From Tagaea sp. (GTDB taxonomy: Bacteria; Pseudomonadota; Alphaproteobacteria; CACIAM-22H2): a stretch of DNA of 64,000 bases. The notes under the pieces are model-generated. The model saw only the letters and a list, made by a program, of their open reading frames with translations. It searched no databases and was not told the DNA's origin. The stretch lies in NCBI GenBank assembly GCA_965279525.1, contig CBDIIB010000002.1, forward strand, positions 384,001 to 448,000. Reading direction: 5' to 3'. Below are positions 29,412 to 40,714 of this stretch, one piece after another. Position numbers and translations under genes: made by a program. Numbering within the stretch: the stretch's first letter is position 1; each line of letters opens with the position of its first letter.

Positions 29412-31055
29412 ATGAAAAACAGGCTTTTTGCGGCCGCGGCGCTCGGTTTCGGTCTGCTTGCCGGAGTTCAGCCCGCAGGCGCCCAGACGGTGCTGCGCAT
29501 CGGAATGACCGCTGCCGACATCCCGCGCACGCTCGGCCAGCCCGACCAGGGTTTCGAGGGCAACCGTTTCACCGGTCTCACGATGTACGACGCCCTGGTC
29601 CTGTGGGACCTGTCGAGCGCCGAAAAGCCGTCCGTCCTTGTTCCTGGTCTTGCGACTGACTGGGCCGCGGACGCGTCGGACCGGACGAAGTGGACGTTCA
29701 AGCTGCGTCCGGGCGTGAAATTCCATGACGGCAGCGCATTCGACGCCGACGCCATCGTCTGGAACGTGCGCAAAGTGCTCGACCGGGAAGCGCCGCATTT
29801 CGACGCGAGCCAGGTCGGCGTGACTGCCAGCCGCATGCCGACGCTGCGCAGCGCGCGCAAGATCGACGCATTGACCGTCGAACTGACGACGAGCGAGCCG
29901 GACTCGTTCCTGCCGATTAATCTCACCAACCTGTTCATCGCCAGCCCGGCGCACTGGTCGGCAAAGCTCGCTGCCGTGCCGGCCAGCGTGACCGACGCGG
30001 GCGAGCGCGCCAAGCAGGCATGGACCGCCTTCGCCGCTGACGCGTCGGGGACCGGACCCTGGAAGATGGTCCGTTTCGTGCCGCGCGAGCGGCTCGAACT
30101 CGTCAAGAACGATGCCTATTGGAATGCCGCCCGCGTGCCGAAGGTCGACCGCATGGTGCTGCTGCCGATGCCGGAGACCAACGCGCGCACCGCTGCCCTT
30201 CTCGCCGGGCAGATCGACTGGGCCGAAGCGCCGTCGCCCGACGCCGTCGCCCAGATCAAGTCGCGCGGCTTCCAGATCTACGCGAACCAGCAGCCGCACG
30301 TGTGGCCGTGGCAGTTCTCGATGATCGAGGGCTCGCCCTGGGCCGACAAGCGCGTGCGCCAGGCGGCGAACCTGTGCGTCAACCGCACCGACATGAAGCA
30401 GCTGCTCGGCGGCCTGATGGCCGAAGCCGTGGGCTCGGTGCCGCCCGGCCATCCGTGGTGGGGCAATCCCGAATTCAAGATCGGCTACCGGCCCGACGAG
30501 GCGAAGCGCATGATGGCCGCAGCCGGCCATTCAGCGCAGAAGCCCCTGAAGGTCAAGATCCAGGTCTCGGCTTCGGGATCGGGCCAGATGCAGCCGCTCC
30601 CGATGAACGAGTATCTCCAGCAGGCGCTGCGCGACTGCTATTTCGACGTCGAGCTCGACGTGATCGAGTGGAACACGCTGTTCACGAACTGGCGTCTGGG
30701 TGCCAAGGACGCGTCGGCACGCGGCGCACACGCGACGAACGTCTCGTTCGCCGCGATGGATCCGTTCTTCGCCTTCGTGCGCTTCGTCGAAAGCAAGATG
30801 GCGCCGCCGGTGTCGAACAACTGGGGCTTCGTCAACGATCCGGAGTTCGATCGGTTGGTCGCGAAGGCAAGGACCACGTTCGACGCTGCCGGCCGGGATG
30901 CGGCACTTGCCGAGCTGCACAAGCGGATCGTCGACGAGACGGTGTTCCTGTGGGTCGCACACGACGTCGGGCCGCGCGCGATGAGCCCGAAGATCAAGGG
31001 CTTCGTGCCGCCGCAGAGCTGGTTCGTCGATTTCTCGCCGATCACGATGAACTGA
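29412..31055 (+). CDS. peptide/nickel (family 5) ABC substrate-binding protein 2
   Basis: Signal peptide, WTFKLRPGVKFHDGS, SGTGPW; paralog of SBP 1. Confidence 0.92.
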   Translation: MKNRLFAAAALGFGLLAGVQPAGAQTVLRIGMTAADIPRTLGQPDQGFEGNRFTGLTMYDALVLWDLSSAEKPSVLVPGLATDWAADASDRTKWTFKLRPGVKFHDGSAFDADAIVWNVRKVLDREAPHFDASQVGVTASRMPTLRSARKIDALTVELTTSEPDSFLPINLTNLFIASPAHWSAKLAAVPASVTDAGERAKQAWTAFAADASGTGPWKMVRFVPRERLELVKNDAYWNAARVPKVDRMVLLPMPETNARTAALLAGQIDWAEAPSPDAVAQIKSRGFQIYANQQPHVWPWQFSMIEGSPWADKRVRQAANLCVNRTDMKQLLGGLMAEAVGSVPPGHPWWGNPEFKIGYRPDEAKRMMAAAGHSAQKPLKVKIQVSASGSGQMQPLPMNEYLQQALRDCYFDVELDVIEWNTLFTNWRLGAKDASARGAHATNVSFAAMDPFFAFVRFVESKMAPPVSNNWGFVNDPEFDRLVAKARTTFDAAGRDAALAELHKRIVDETVFLWVAHDVGPRAMSPKIKGFVPPQSWFVDFSPITMN

Positions 31056-31064
31056 ACGGGACGG

Positions 31065-31091
31065 GCGCGGGCCGGCTTCGACGGCCCGCGC
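31065..31091 (+). repeat. intercistronic stem-loop after SBP 2
   Basis: GCGCGGGCCG-gcttcga-CGGCCCGCGC, 10-bp stem. Confidence 0.65.
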
Positions 31092-31104
31092 TCCTCCGCA
31101 TCCC

Positions 31105-32058
31105 ATGTTCGAGTATCTTCTCAAGCGCATCCTCTACGTCGTGCCGATCGGACTGGGCGTGAGCCTCGTCTGTTTCGGGTTGGTCCATATCGCGCCGGGA
31201 GATCCGCTCGTCTCGGTGCTTCCCGCCGACGCATCGATGGAGATGCAGGAGCAGCTGCGCAGCGCATACGGCTTTGACAAGCCGCTGCCCTACCAGTTCG
31301 GCCTGTGGATCTGGCGCGCGATCAACGGCGACTTGGGATATTCGATTGCGACCGGCCGTCCAGTCGCCCCCGAAGTCTGGCGGGCGCTGGGCAATACCTT
31401 CATGGTTGCAGTACTTGCGGCGGCCTTCGGCTTCCTCGTCGGATCGGTGCTCGGCTTTGTCGCCGGCTACTATCGCGGGACGTGGATCGACCGCGCGGCG
31501 AGCGCGCTTGCGGTCGCGGGCATATCGCTGCCGCACTACTGGCTGGGCATGGTGCTGGTCATCCTGTTTTCGGTGCAGCTCAACTGGCTGCCGGCGACCG
31601 GGGCGGGGCCCGGCGGCTCGGCCGACTGGCTCTGGAATTGGGAGCATGTGCGCCATCTGATCCTGCCGGCGCTGACCATGTCGGTCATACCGCTCGGGAT
31701 CGTGGCGCGTTCGGTGCGGGCCCTCGTCTCCGACATCCTTTCGCAGGAATTCGTGGAGGCCCTGCGCGCCAAGGGCCTTTCGGAAGGCGGAATTTTCGCG
31801 CACATCCTCAAGAACGCTGCGCCGACGGGCCTTGCCGTCATGGGCCTGCAACTCGGCTATCTGCTCGGTGGCTCGATCCTGATCGAGACGGTGTTCGCCT
31901 GGCCGGGAACGGGCTTCCTGCTCGGCAACGCGATCCTGCAGCGCGATCTGCCGCTGCTGCAGGGCACGATACTCGTGCTGGCGATGTTCTTCGTCTCGCT
32001 CAACCTGCTGGTCGACCTGGTGCAGACCTGGCTCGACCCGCGCATCAAGCGGGGCTGA
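31105..32058 (+). CDS. DppB/OppB-type ABC permease
   Basis: APGDP, GDLGYS, EALRAKGL, ETVFAWPG. Confidence 0.93.
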   Translation: MFEYLLKRILYVVPIGLGVSLVCFGLVHIAPGDPLVSVLPADASMEMQEQLRSAYGFDKPLPYQFGLWIWRAINGDLGYSIATGRPVAPEVWRALGNTFMVAVLAAAFGFLVGSVLGFVAGYYRGTWIDRAASALAVAGISLPHYWLGMVLVILFSVQLNWLPATGAGPGGSADWLWNWEHVRHLILPALTMSVIPLGIVARSVRALVSDILSQEFVEALRAKGLSEGGIFAHILKNAAPTGLAVMGLQLGYLLGGSILIETVFAWPGTGFLLGNAILQRDLPLLQGTILVLAMFFVSLNLLVDLVQTWLDPRIKRG

Positions 32059-32060
32059 CG

Positions 32061-32954
32061 ATGTCTGCGAACGCATCATTGGCGGAGAACGCAGTCGGCC
32101 AGGCCCCGGCGCCCTCGCGCGGATACTGGGCGAACGTCCTGCGCCGGCTTTCGCGCGACAAGGTCGCGATGGCTTGCCTCGCCGTTCTTGCCATCATCCT
32201 TCTGGCGGCGATCTTCGCTTCCTACATCGCGCCGCACGATCCCTACCGCGGTTCGATGATCCGCCGCCTGCGGCCCATCGGCACCGACGGCTTCCCGCTC
32301 GGAACCGACGAGCTTGGCCGCGACATGCTGACGCGCTTGATCTATGGCGGCCGACTTTCGCTGTTCATCGGCATCCTGCCGGTTTTCAACGCATTCGTGA
32401 TCGGCACTTTTCTTGGCGTGCTCGCCGGGTTCGCCGGCGGCAAGACGAACATGGCGATCATGCGCACGATCGACGTGTTCTACGCGTTCCCGTCCGTGCT
32501 GCTCGCCATCGCGATCTCCGGCGCGCTGGGGGCCGGCATCTTCAATTCGATCGTGTCGCTGACCGTCGTGTTCATTCCGCCGCTCGCGCGCGTCGCCGAA
32601 AGCGTCACGACCCAGGTCCGCAATCTCGATTTCGTCGACGCGGCCCGGGCAAGCGGGGCCGGGGCATTCACGATCATCCGCGTCCATATCCTCGGAAACG
32701 TGCTGGGCCCGGTCTTCGTCTACGCGACGGGTCTCGTATCGGTCTCGATGATCCTCGCGTCCGGCCTGTCGTTCCTCGGACTGGGCACGAAGCCGCCGGA
32801 AGCCGAATGGGGGCTGATGCTCAACACGCTGCGGACCGCGATCTACGCCCAGCCGCTCGTGGCGGCTCTTCCGGGCGCCATGATCTTCGCTGTCTCGATC
32901 TGCTTCAACCTGTTCTCGGACGGCCTACGTTCGGCCATGGACGTGAAGCTGTGA
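32061..32954 (+). CDS. DppC/OppC-type ABC permease
   Basis: [32 protein letters not shown]. Confidence 0.93.
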   Translation: MSANASLAENAVGQAPAPSRGYWANVLRRLSRDKVAMACLAVLAIILLAAIFASYIAPHDPYRGSMIRRLRPIGTDGFPLGTDELGRDMLTRLIYGGRLSLFIGILPVFNAFVIGTFLGVLAGFAGGKTNMAIMRTIDVFYAFPSVLLAIAISGALGAGIFNSIVSLTVVFIPPLARVAESVTTQVRNLDFVDAARASGAGAFTIIRVHILGNVLGPVFVYATGLVSVSMILASGLSFLGLGTKPPEAEWGLMLNTLRTAIYAQPLVAALPGAMIFAVSICFNLFSDGLRSAMDVKL

Positions 32955-33997
32955 GCGAGACCGCCGAACTGTCCGATGTCGGCGGCCCCGCGCAGCCACT
33001 GCTGGCGGTCCGCGACCTGTTCAAGCATTTTCCGATCCGCGGCGGGCTTCTGAACCGCACGACAGCGGTCGTCCAGGCGGTCGACGGCATCGATTTCGAC
33101 GTCGCGAAAGGCGAGACGCTGGGCATCGTCGGCGAATCCGGCTGCGGGAAATCGACGACCGCCCGCCTGCTCGTGCGCCTGCTCGATCCGGACTCGGGCG
33201 AGCTCGTCTATGACGGTCTCAAGGTCGGTTCCCAGGACGGGCTTACGATGCGCGAGATGCGCCGCCACGTGCAGATGGTGTTCCAGGATTCGTTTGCTTC
33301 GCTCAATCCAAGGCTCACGATCGTCGACTCGATCGCGTTCGGTCCGAAAGTCCACGGGCTTCCGTCGGGCGAGGCGACGACGCGTGCGCGTGACCTGCTT
33401 GCCCGTGTGGGCCTCGCCCCCGATCTTTTCGGCCGGCGCTATCCGCACGAGCTGTCCGGCGGCCAGCGCCAACGCGTGAACATCGCGCGCGCCCTGGCGC
33501 TGCGCCCGCGCCTGGTCATCCTCGACGAGGCGGTGTCGGCCCTCGACAAGTCGGTCGAAGCACAGGTCCTCAACCTGCTTCAGGACCTGAAGTCGGAATT
33601 CAATCTCACGTATGTCTTCATCAGCCACGACCTCAACGTCGTGCGCTACATGTCCGATCGCGTCCTTGTCATGTATCTCGGGCGGATCGTCGAGATCGGC
33701 CCCGTCGGCCCGATCTACGATTCCCCCCAGCACCCCTATACGCGTGCACTCCTTTCGGCGATGCCGTCGATGGATCCCGATCGACGCACGCAGGAAGCGC
33801 CGATCGCGGGCGATCCGCCCAACCCGATCAATCCGCCGCCCGGCTGCCGTTTCCATACGCGGTGTCCCTTCGCCGAGGATGTCTGCAAGCTGAAGGTTCC
33901 CGAACTCGCACCGGCACGCACCATCGCGGCCCATCTCGTGGCCTGCCACATGAGCGACGGCGTTTCGGGCCATTCGCGCGCGGGGAGGGGCCTGTGA
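32951..33997 (+). CDS. DppF/OppF-type ABC ATP-binding protein
   Basis: GTG start; [18 protein letters not shown]-terminal GCRFHTRC...ACH. Confidence 0.92.
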   Translation: MSETAELSDVGGPAQPLLAVRDLFKHFPIRGGLLNRTTAVVQAVDGIDFDVAKGETLGIVGESGCGKSTTARLLVRLLDPDSGELVYDGLKVGSQDGLTMREMRRHVQMVFQDSFASLNPRLTIVDSIAFGPKVHGLPSGEATTRARDLLARVGLAPDLFGRRYPHELSGGQRQRVNIARALALRPRLVILDEAVSALDKSVEAQVLNLLQDLKSEFNLTYVFISHDLNVVRYMSDRVLVMYLGRIVEIGPVGPIYDSPQHPYTRALLSAMPSMDPDRRTQEAPIAGDPPNPINPPPGCRFHTRCPFAEDVCKLKVPELAPARTIAAHLVACHMSDGVSGHSRAGRGL

Positions 33998-34965
33998 CGC
34001 CGCTCGTCAGCGTCGAGCAGCTCGGCGTGCTGTTCCGGTCGGCCGACCGCACCGTCCACGCCGTCAACGGCGTCGACCTGACGCTGCAACCGGGCGAAGT
34101 GCTCGGTCTGCTCGGCGAGTCCGGGTCCGGGAAATCGGTCACGTTGAAGGCGCTCCTGCGCCTGCTGCCCGAGCGGCGCACGACGCTGACCGGCAAGGTG
34201 ACGGTTGCCGGGCACGACGTGCTTTCGCTCGACGAGCGGGCGCTGCGCCGGTATCGCGGTTCCGTCGTGTCGATGATCTTCCAGGAGCCGATGCTGGCCT
34301 TCGATCCGGTCTTCACGATCGGCGACCAGATCGCCGAGGCCGTGATGCGGCACGAGAATGTCGGGCGCGATGCCGGACTGGCGCGCGCCCTCGAGATGCT
34401 CGACCGGGTGCGTATCCCGTCGCCCAAACGCCGGCTCGACGCCTATCCGCACGAGATGTCGGGCGGCATGCGCCAGCGCGCGATGATCGCCCTGGCGCTC
34501 GCCTGCAAGCCGCAGCTCCTGCTTGCCGACGAGCCCACGACTGCGCTCGATGCGACCGTCCAGATTCAGATCCTGCTGCTGCTGCGCGAACTCCAGAAGG
34601 AACTCGGCATGGGCGTGATCTTCGTCACGCACGATATCGGCGTCGCGGTCGAGGTCTCCGACCGGATGGCGGTCATGTATGCGGGACGGATCGTCGAGCG
34701 CGGCTCCGCCCGTGACCTGATCGGGCGGACGGCGCACCCCTATCCGCGCGGGTTGCTGGCGTCCACGGTGCACGGCGCCATGCGCGGTGCGAAGCTTGAC
34801 GCCATCCCCGGCGCACCGCCGAATCTCTCCTCGCCGCCGGTCGGCTGCGCCTTCGCCCCGCGATGCAGGCATGCAGAAGATGCCTGCGGCAACGGCCGGC
34901 CGCCTATCGTCGCGGTCGGACCCGGACATGAGGCGGAGTGTCGCAGGGTCGGCTCGATCGGCTGA
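33994..34965 (+). CDS. DppD/OppD-type ABC ATP-binding protein
   Basis: GTG start; [33 protein letters not shown]. Confidence 0.92.
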   Translation: MTPLVSVEQLGVLFRSADRTVHAVNGVDLTLQPGEVLGLLGESGSGKSVTLKALLRLLPERRTTLTGKVTVAGHDVLSLDERALRRYRGSVVSMIFQEPMLAFDPVFTIGDQIAEAVMRHENVGRDAGLARALEMLDRVRIPSPKRRLDAYPHEMSGGMRQRAMIALALACKPQLLLADEPTTALDATVQIQILLLLRELQKELGMGVIFVTHDIGVAVEVSDRMAVMYAGRIVERGSARDLIGRTAHPYPRGLLASTVHGAMRGAKLDAIPGAPPNLSSPPVGCAFAPRCRHAEDACGNGRPPIVAVGPGHEAECRRVGSIG

Positions 34966-34984
34966 GCGCCGCTTTCGGCAGGGG

Positions 34985-35013
34985 TTGATTTGCCCCGAAT
35001 CCCGGCCTAGTTT
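34985..35013 (+). promoter_or_regulatory. sigma70-like promoter of cytochrome c
   Basis: TTGATT-N17-TAGTTT. Confidence 0.45.
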
Positions 35014-35063
35014 CCCGGCACTCCGTCCGAACCGGGACAGTCCAGCTAGGGAGTTCCTGCGCC

Positions 35064-35444
35064 GTGAACAATCGTTCCATCCTCGCCTCGGCGATCCTCG
35101 CTCTTTCGTTTGCCGTTTCGCTGCCGGCGAGTGCTCAAGATGCCGCGGCCGGCGAAGGCGTCTTCAAGCGCGTCTGCGCGACCTGCCACAACGCGACCGT
35201 CGAGGGGCCGCGCAAGCTCGGCCCCACGATGCATGGTGTCGTCGGCCGCAAGGCGGCCTCGGTCGAAGGCTTTCGCTATTCGACCGCCAAGCGCGATCCG
35301 GACCTCGTCTGGACGCCGGACAAGCTCGGCCCCTACCTGCTCAATCCGCGCGAATTCATGCCGGGCACGACGATGGCCTATGCCGGCCTCAAGAGCGATG
35401 CCGACCGGGCCAACGTCATCGCCTACCTTCAGACGCTGAAGTAG
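35064..35444 (+). CDS. class I cytochrome c (c2-like)
   Basis: Signal peptide, CATCH heme motif, GPTMHGVVGR, distal Met in PGTTMAYAG. Confidence 0.93.
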   Translation: MNNRSILASAILALSFAVSLPASAQDAAAGEGVFKRVCATCHNATVEGPRKLGPTMHGVVGRKAASVEGFRYSTAKRDPDLVWTPDKLGPYLLNPREFMPGTTMAYAGLKSDADRANVIAYLQTLK

Positions 35445-35453
35445 AAGCCGCCG

Positions 35454-37412
35454 TCACGCGGCGCGGACCGCTTCGAGAAAGGCGCGGACGCGCTTTCCGA
35501 GTGCGTCCGCATGCGCCGCGACCTGGGCCGACGCGTCGAGAACGCCGCCGGAGGCCATGCCGGTCTCTTCAGAGGCATTGCGCACGCCCGCGATCGCCCG
35601 GTTCGTTTCTTCCACACCGGCGGCCGCCTGCTCGACATTGCGCCCGATCTCCTGGGTCGCGGCCGTCTGCTCCTCGATCGCCGAGGCGACGCCGGCCGTC
35701 ATCTCGGAAATCCCGCGGATTGCGCCGCCGATCTCGGACATGGCGCCGACCACGTCGGATGTACGGCTCTGTATCGTCGAGACCTGGGCGCCAATCTCCT
35801 CGGTCGCCTTCGCCGTCTGGGCGGCGAGCGCCTTGACCTCGTTGGCGACGATGGCGAAACCGCGCCCGGCATCACCGGCACGCGCGGCTTCGATCGTGGC
35901 GTTGAGTGCCAGCAGGTTGGTCTGCGAGGCGATCGAGTTGATCAGCTTCACCACGTCGCCGATACGCTTGGCCACTTCGTCAAGTTCGCGCACGCGGGAC
36001 TCGCTGTCGGCGGCGAGCGTCGTCGTGCGCCCCGCACTTTCGCTCGAGGTCGCCACCTGCCGGGAAATCTCGCGGATCGAGGCGGCAAGCTCCTCCGCCG
36101 CCGAAGCGACGGTCTGGACGTTCGTCGAGGCCTCGTTGGCGCCGGCGGCGGCGTTGACCGACATCTCGCGCGCGGCGGTCGAGATCTTCTCGAGGCTCCG
36201 GGCTGTCGCCTCCAGCTCGCCTGCGGCACGCGCCGTAGCCTCGAGTGTTTCCCCGACGCCTTCCTTGAACTCGTCGGTGAGTTCCGCGATCCGCTGGGCG
36301 CGCTCGATCTGCGCGCGTTGGCCGGCTGCGGATTCGGCTTCGAGGCGGCGCTGGGCGACAAGATTGTCTTTGAATATCAAGAGACTGCGGCCCATTTCGG
36401 CGATCTCGTTGCGACCCTCGGTATGGACGGAAATCTCGGTCTCACCCCGGCCCAGACGCTCCATCTCCCGGGTCAGGCTCGTTATCGGTGCCGAAATCGA
36501 GCGGCCGATCAGAAGTCCGACGACGACGACGGTGCCAAGCGTGATCGCGATCGCCAGCCAGAGAAGCTCGGCGACCGTCTTGAGTTGCGCGTCGATGCTC
36601 TCGCTGGCGACGGCTGCGGCACTGGCCTCCGCATCGCGAAGCCTGGCGACGAGCGGATCGAGGGAGACGGAACTCCCGTCGAGCTCGGCGATCTTCGCGT
36701 TGCGGGCGCCGATCGACGCGACCAGGGCGTCGAAGGCCTCCGCATATGCGTCCGCCAGTCCGGCGAGCTCCTTTCGCCGCTCTTCTGGAAGTCCGGATCC
36801 GGCCAGAAGTTCCTTGAGGCGCTCTCGCTCTTTTGCGTGAAGGTCGGCGTTGGCCTTTGCTTCGCGCAGCTGGAAATCCTTCTCGTGCCGGCGAAGCTGC
36901 AGGACGGAGACGACGATCTTGTCGAGGCCGAGCTGATTCAGGGCACCTTCGGCATCGCGGATCGTCCGGCGCATGGCGCCTTGCTGCCCTTCGTTCTCGT
37001 TGAGCCCGATCCGCCGCATCAGCGTGACGAGTTCGTCGAGTTGGCGGCCATAGCGGTCGACAAGCCCGCCGATCTCGGTGAAATCACCTGCGAATGCCGG
37101 ATCGGACTCCGCCGCGAGTGACTGGACCGCTGTCCGCGCCTGCCGATTCGCTTCGATCGCGCGCCGGCCGATCGAAAGGTCGCGACGGATGATCATGTCG
37201 CGCTGGAAACGCCGGGCTTCGGCAAGCGAGTCGTCGAGTGTCTGGAAACTTGCGAGCCGATGGGCGGTGGCAGTTCGCGCAACCGTGGCCGCTTCGTTGA
37301 CCCGGGTCTGGTAGGCGATCGCGAGGCCGATGGCAGCAAAGCCAAGCGCAGAAATTGCGGCAAGCAGCATCAGTTTCGCTTTGATTGGCAGTCCGGAAAC
37401 TTTCAGTTGCAT
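35454..37412 (-). CDS. methyl-accepting chemotaxis protein
   Basis: TM1, large helical periplasmic domain, TM2, HAMP, signalling tip [33 protein letters not shown]. Confidence 0.95.
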   Translation of the reverse strand: MQLKVSGLPIKAKLMLLAAISALGFAAIGLAIAYQTRVNEAATVARTATAHRLASFQTLDDSLAEARRFQRDMIIRRDLSIGRRAIEANRQARTAVQSLAAESDPAFAGDFTEIGGLVDRYGRQLDELVTLMRRIGLNENEGQQGAMRRTIRDAEGALNQLGLDKIVVSVLQLRRHEKDFQLREAKANADLHAKERERLKELLAGSGLPEERRKELAGLADAYAEAFDALVASIGARNAKIAELDGSSVSLDPLVARLRDAEASAAAVASESIDAQLKTVAELLWLAIAITLGTVVVVGLLIGRSISAPITSLTREMERLGRGETEISVHTEGRNEIAEMGRSLLIFKDNLVAQRRLEAESAAGQRAQIERAQRIAELTDEFKEGVGETLEATARAAGELEATARSLEKISTAAREMSVNAAAGANEASTNVQTVASAAEELAASIREISRQVATSSESAGRTTTLAADSESRVRELDEVAKRIGDVVKLINSIASQTNLLALNATIEAARAGDAGRGFAIVANEVKALAAQTAKATEEIGAQVSTIQSRTSDVVGAMSEIGGAIRGISEMTAGVASAIEEQTAATQEIGRNVEQAAAGVEETNRAIAGVRNASEETGMASGGVLDASAQVAAHADALGKRVRAFLEAVRAA

Positions 37413-37601
37413 GGCGCAATCCTCGACAAAATTGTGCCTGACGGTAGCGCCGGTTTTACACAAGCGTCAAACGGCGGATTCGTTTGTAGTCAGAAAAGTA
37501 ATACAATTAAGAATTACCCGAATAAAAATCGAATATGAAATACAGCCGAGTTGACTGAAAACGCTTCCCTCTAAGAATACAAATAAATTTTGCGTGCTGG
37601 A

Positions 37602-38180
37602 CTACTGCTTGACCGCGTGATGCGGCACATCGATCAGGTGGCGCGTCCCGGCAGCCAGATCATAGATATGGAACGAACTCATGTTCCGCCCGTAGAGATG
37701 CAGGCTCACGCAGGCTTCCGCGGCCGCGTCCACGCCCGTGACGTGGATATGGTCGGGATTGGGCACGAAGCTGGTGACCGCACCGGGATTGAGCAGCACC
37801 ACGCCGCCGCGCCGCAGCACGATGCCGGCGTTGCCGCAGATCTCGCCGGTCGGGCACATGTACGCGCGCTCTTCGAGCGAACCGCGCACGACACCGACGA
37901 CACCCCAGCTGCCGTGATCGTGGATCGGCGTCCATTGGCCGGGCAGCCAGATGATCGCGAACAGCGACAGGGCTTCGTTGGGACAGAAATAGATCGCGTT
38001 GCGGCGATAGTGTGCGGGATCGGACACGAGATGGGCCGGCTCGAGAAACTCGTCGGCCCGTCGCGTCAGCTTCTGCATGAGCGGGGCGATGGCGTCGACG
38101 CGCGCAGCCACATCGTCCTCGCGCGCGACGATCGCTTCGCAGCTTCCGATGAACTCGGAGAGTACCGGTTTGAGCGCCAT
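37602..38180 (-). CDS. cysteine dioxygenase-family thiol dioxygenase
   Basis: WLPGQWTPIHDH, DHIH third His, SLHLYG Ser-His-Tyr triad. Confidence 0.85.
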   Translation of the reverse strand: MALKPVLSEFIGSCEAIVAREDDVAARVDAIAPLMQKLTRRADEFLEPAHLVSDPAHYRRNAIYFCPNEALSLFAIIWLPGQWTPIHDHGSWGVVGVVRGSLEERAYMCPTGEICGNAGIVLRRGGVVLLNPGAVTSFVPNPDHIHVTGVDAAAEACVSLHLYGRNMSSFHIYDLAAGTRHLIDVPHHAVKQ

Positions 38181-38190
38181 GATCGCCCGT

Positions 38191-38853
38191 TCAATCCTTC
38201 GGCTGGGGAACGATGCGCAGATAGGGCTTCGGGGCCTTCCACCCGGCCGGGTACTTGACCTTCGCCATGTCGTCGGTGACCGAGCCAGCGATGATGACGT
38301 CTTCGCCGCGCTTCCAGTTCACTGGCGTGGCGACCTGGTGCTTGGCCGTAAGCTGCATGGAGTCGATCATCCGCAGGACCTCGTCGAAATTCCGGCCGGT
38401 CGTCATCGGATAGATCAGCATGCCCTTGATCTTCTTGTCCGGCCCGACGATGAAAACCGTGCGGACCGTCGCGTTGTCGGCCGCCGTCCGTCCGTCGGAC
38501 GTGGAACCCGCCGCGTCGGGCAGCATGTCGTAGAGCTTGGCGACTTTCAGTTCGGGATCGCCGATCATCGGATAGGTGACCGCGGCACCCTGCGTTTCCT
38601 CGATGTCCTTGGCCCATTTCGAGTGGTTGTCGACCGGATCGACGCTGAGGCCGATGATCTTGACATTGCGCTTGTCGAACTCCGGCTTCATGCGCGCCAT
38701 GTAGCCAAGCTCGGTCGTGCAGACCGGCGTGAAGTCCTTGGGGTGCGAAAACAGGACCGCCCAGCCGTCGCCGATCCATTTGTGGAACTCGATCGGACCT
38801 TGTGTCGTCGTCGCGGCGAAATCCGGTGCCACGGAGTTGATGCGGAGCGTCAT
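38191..38853 (-). CDS. 1-Cys peroxiredoxin (Prx6/LsfA type)
   Basis: FSHPKDFTPVCTTE, YPMTTGRNFDEVLR, ATPVNW; GGAG SD. Confidence 0.93.
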   Translation of the reverse strand: MTLRINSVAPDFAATTTQGPIEFHKWIGDGWAVLFSHPKDFTPVCTTELGYMARMKPEFDKRNVKIIGLSVDPVDNHSKWAKDIEETQGAAVTYPMIGDPELKVAKLYDMLPDAAGSTSDGRTAADNATVRTVFIVGPDKKIKGMLIYPMTTGRNFDEVLRMIDSMQLTAKHQVATPVNWKRGEDVIIAGSVTDDMAKVKYPAGWKAPKPYLRIVPQPKD

Positions 38854-38907
38854 TTCGGTCTCCAGACGAGGGGCGGGTGTCGATTCCGAGACAATAGCCA
38901 ATCCGCA

Positions 38908-39672
38908 TTATTTGCGGAAGGACGCGATCCGGATACCGGCCTCGTCGAGCCGGCGGCGCACGGCGCGCGCCATCGCGACGGCACCCGGCGAGTCGCCGTG
39001 GATGCAGACCGTATCGATGGAAAGCGCCAGGCGCTTGCCAGTGACGCTGACGATCGCGCGCTCCTGGACCATTTGCAGGACCCGTGCCGCCACGGTCTCG
39101 GGATCGTGGAGTACCGCGCCGGGCTTCTTGCGCGGGACGAGGGTTCCGTCATCTTCGTAGGCCCGGTCGGCATAGATCTCGCGGGCGAGCGGCAGGTTCG
39201 CGGCCTCGCCGGCGCGTTCCAGTGCCGTCAGCGGGATGACGACGAAGATCAGCGAAGGATCGACCGCGCGCACCGCCCGGGCAAGCGACGTCGCCATGGC
39301 CATGTCGACCATCGCCATGTTCGACAGTGCGCCATGCGCCTTGACGTGCGTGACGCGGTGGCCGGCCATCGTCGCGACGGCCTGAAGGGCGCCGATCTGG
39401 TAGGCGACGAGGGTTTCGATCTCGCGCGCCGTCAGCCCCTGGATCTGGCGGCGGCCGAAGCCCTGCAGGTCGTGGAAGCCGGGATGTGCGCCGATCGCCA
39501 CGCCGCGCGCCTTCGCGTTCTCGACGGTCTTCAGCATCGTATCTGGGTCGCCCGCATGGAAGCCGCAGGCGACGTTGGCGGAAGTGACGACATCGAGCAT
39601 CGCCCCGTCGTCGCCCATCGTCCAGGCGCCGAAGCTTTCGCCAAGATCGCTGTTGAGGTCGACTTCGATCAT
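38908..39672 (-). CDS. pxpA: 5-oxoprolinase subunit A (LamB/YcsF)
   Basis: [36 protein letters not shown]; GAGG SD. Confidence 0.92.
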   Translation of the reverse strand: MIEVDLNSDLGESFGAWTMGDDGAMLDVVTSANVACGFHAGDPDTMLKTVENAKARGVAIGAHPGFHDLQGFGRRQIQGLTAREIETLVAYQIGALQAVATMAGHRVTHVKAHGALSNMAMVDMAMATSLARAVRAVDPSLIFVVIPLTALERAGEAANLPLAREIYADRAYEDDGTLVPRKKPGAVLHDPETVAARVLQMVQERAIVSVTGKRLALSIDTVCIHGDSPGAVAMARAVRRRLDEAGIRIASFRK

Positions 39673-39682
39673 CGGGGCTTCC

Positions 39683-40714
39683 TCATGAGTGGGACCAGGT
39701 ATCGGTGTCGAGCGCGCTGACCGCCCCGCCGGCCAGATTGGACGCCAGGAGCGCTTCGCTGGACGGCAACGGCCCCGTGACGGGTAGCACCCGTGCGGCA
39801 AGTCCGTCGAGTGCGGCTTGCCACGCGATCGCGAGCTGCCGGGCGTGGTCGACGCCGACCGCCGCGAAACGCAGTGCCCGTCCGGGCGGGGTCTGGGCGA
39901 ACCGGCCGAGATCGGCCGTGACGATCCCGGCGATCTTCGGGTACCCGCCGGTAGTGCCGCGATCGGCCAGCAGGACCAGCGGATGGCCGCCGCCGGGAAT
40001 CTGGATCTGGCCGTTGGCGATACCGTCAGAAACGATGTTGTGGCCGCGCGCTGCCGTGATCGGCGGGCCGTCGAGCCGGTAGCCCATCCGGTCGGAGGCG
40101 GGCGCCACCCGCCACTCAGCGGCGAGGAACGCGGCGATCTCGGCGGGGTCGAAATAGTCGTCCTGCGGCCCCAGCACGACCCGGATTGGGCCGGAATCGA
40201 AGGGGACGACAGGCAACCGGCGCTCGCCTTGCGTGCTTTCGGCCGATGCGACTTCGAGCCGGTCGCCGGCGGCAAGCGGGCGTGCGATGGGGCTTCCGAG
40301 CCCGGCGCGTGCATGGACCGACATGCTTTCGAAAACGGGCATGCCTGCGATGCCCCCCTGGACGGCAAGGTAGGTGAACGTGCCGCCGCGCGCAGCGCGC
40401 AGCACCAGCGTCTCGTCGTCCTGCAGCAGCAGGCTTTGCGCTAGCGAAACCGCCCGGCCGTCGACCGTCGCCGCGCGCTCGGCACCGTAAAGTGCGACCC
40501 GCACCATACCGCCGCGCGCGGTGAAGCGGGCGGCGAACGGTCCGACCTCGATCGCCGCGGCGCTCGCAGCACGGCCAACAAGCACGTTGGCGGCAGCCAG
40601 CGCATAGCGGTCCATCGCACCGGCCGACGAAAGTCCGTATCGCAGCGCGCCGAACCGACCGGAATCCTGGACCGAAGTGGCGGGACCGGCTTCTTCGACG
40701 GACAGGGCGGTCAT
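39683..40714 (-). CDS. pxpC: 5-oxoprolinase subunit C
   Basis: [33 protein letters not shown]. Confidence 0.9.
   Translation of the reverse strand: MTALSVEEAGPATSVQDSGRFGALRYGLSSAGAMDRYALAAANVLVGRAASAAAIEVGPFAARFTARGGMVRVALYGAERAATVDGRAVSLAQSLLLQDDETLVLRAARGGTFTYLAVQGGIAGMPVFESMSVHARAGLGSPIARPLAAGDRLEVASAESTQGERRLPVVPFDSGPIRVVLGPQDDYFDPAEIAAFLAAEWRVAPASDRMGYRLDGPPITAARGHNIVSDGIANGQIQIPGGGHPLVLLADRGTTGGYPKIAGIVTADLGRFAQTPPGRALRFAAVGVDHARQLAIAWQAALDGLAARVLPVTGPLPSSEALLASNLAGGAVSALDTDTWSHS

Noticed and set aside
34985-34998. FNR/FixK box upstream of cytochrome c
   Set aside because: Only the TTGAT half-site is present; it fits better as a -35 element
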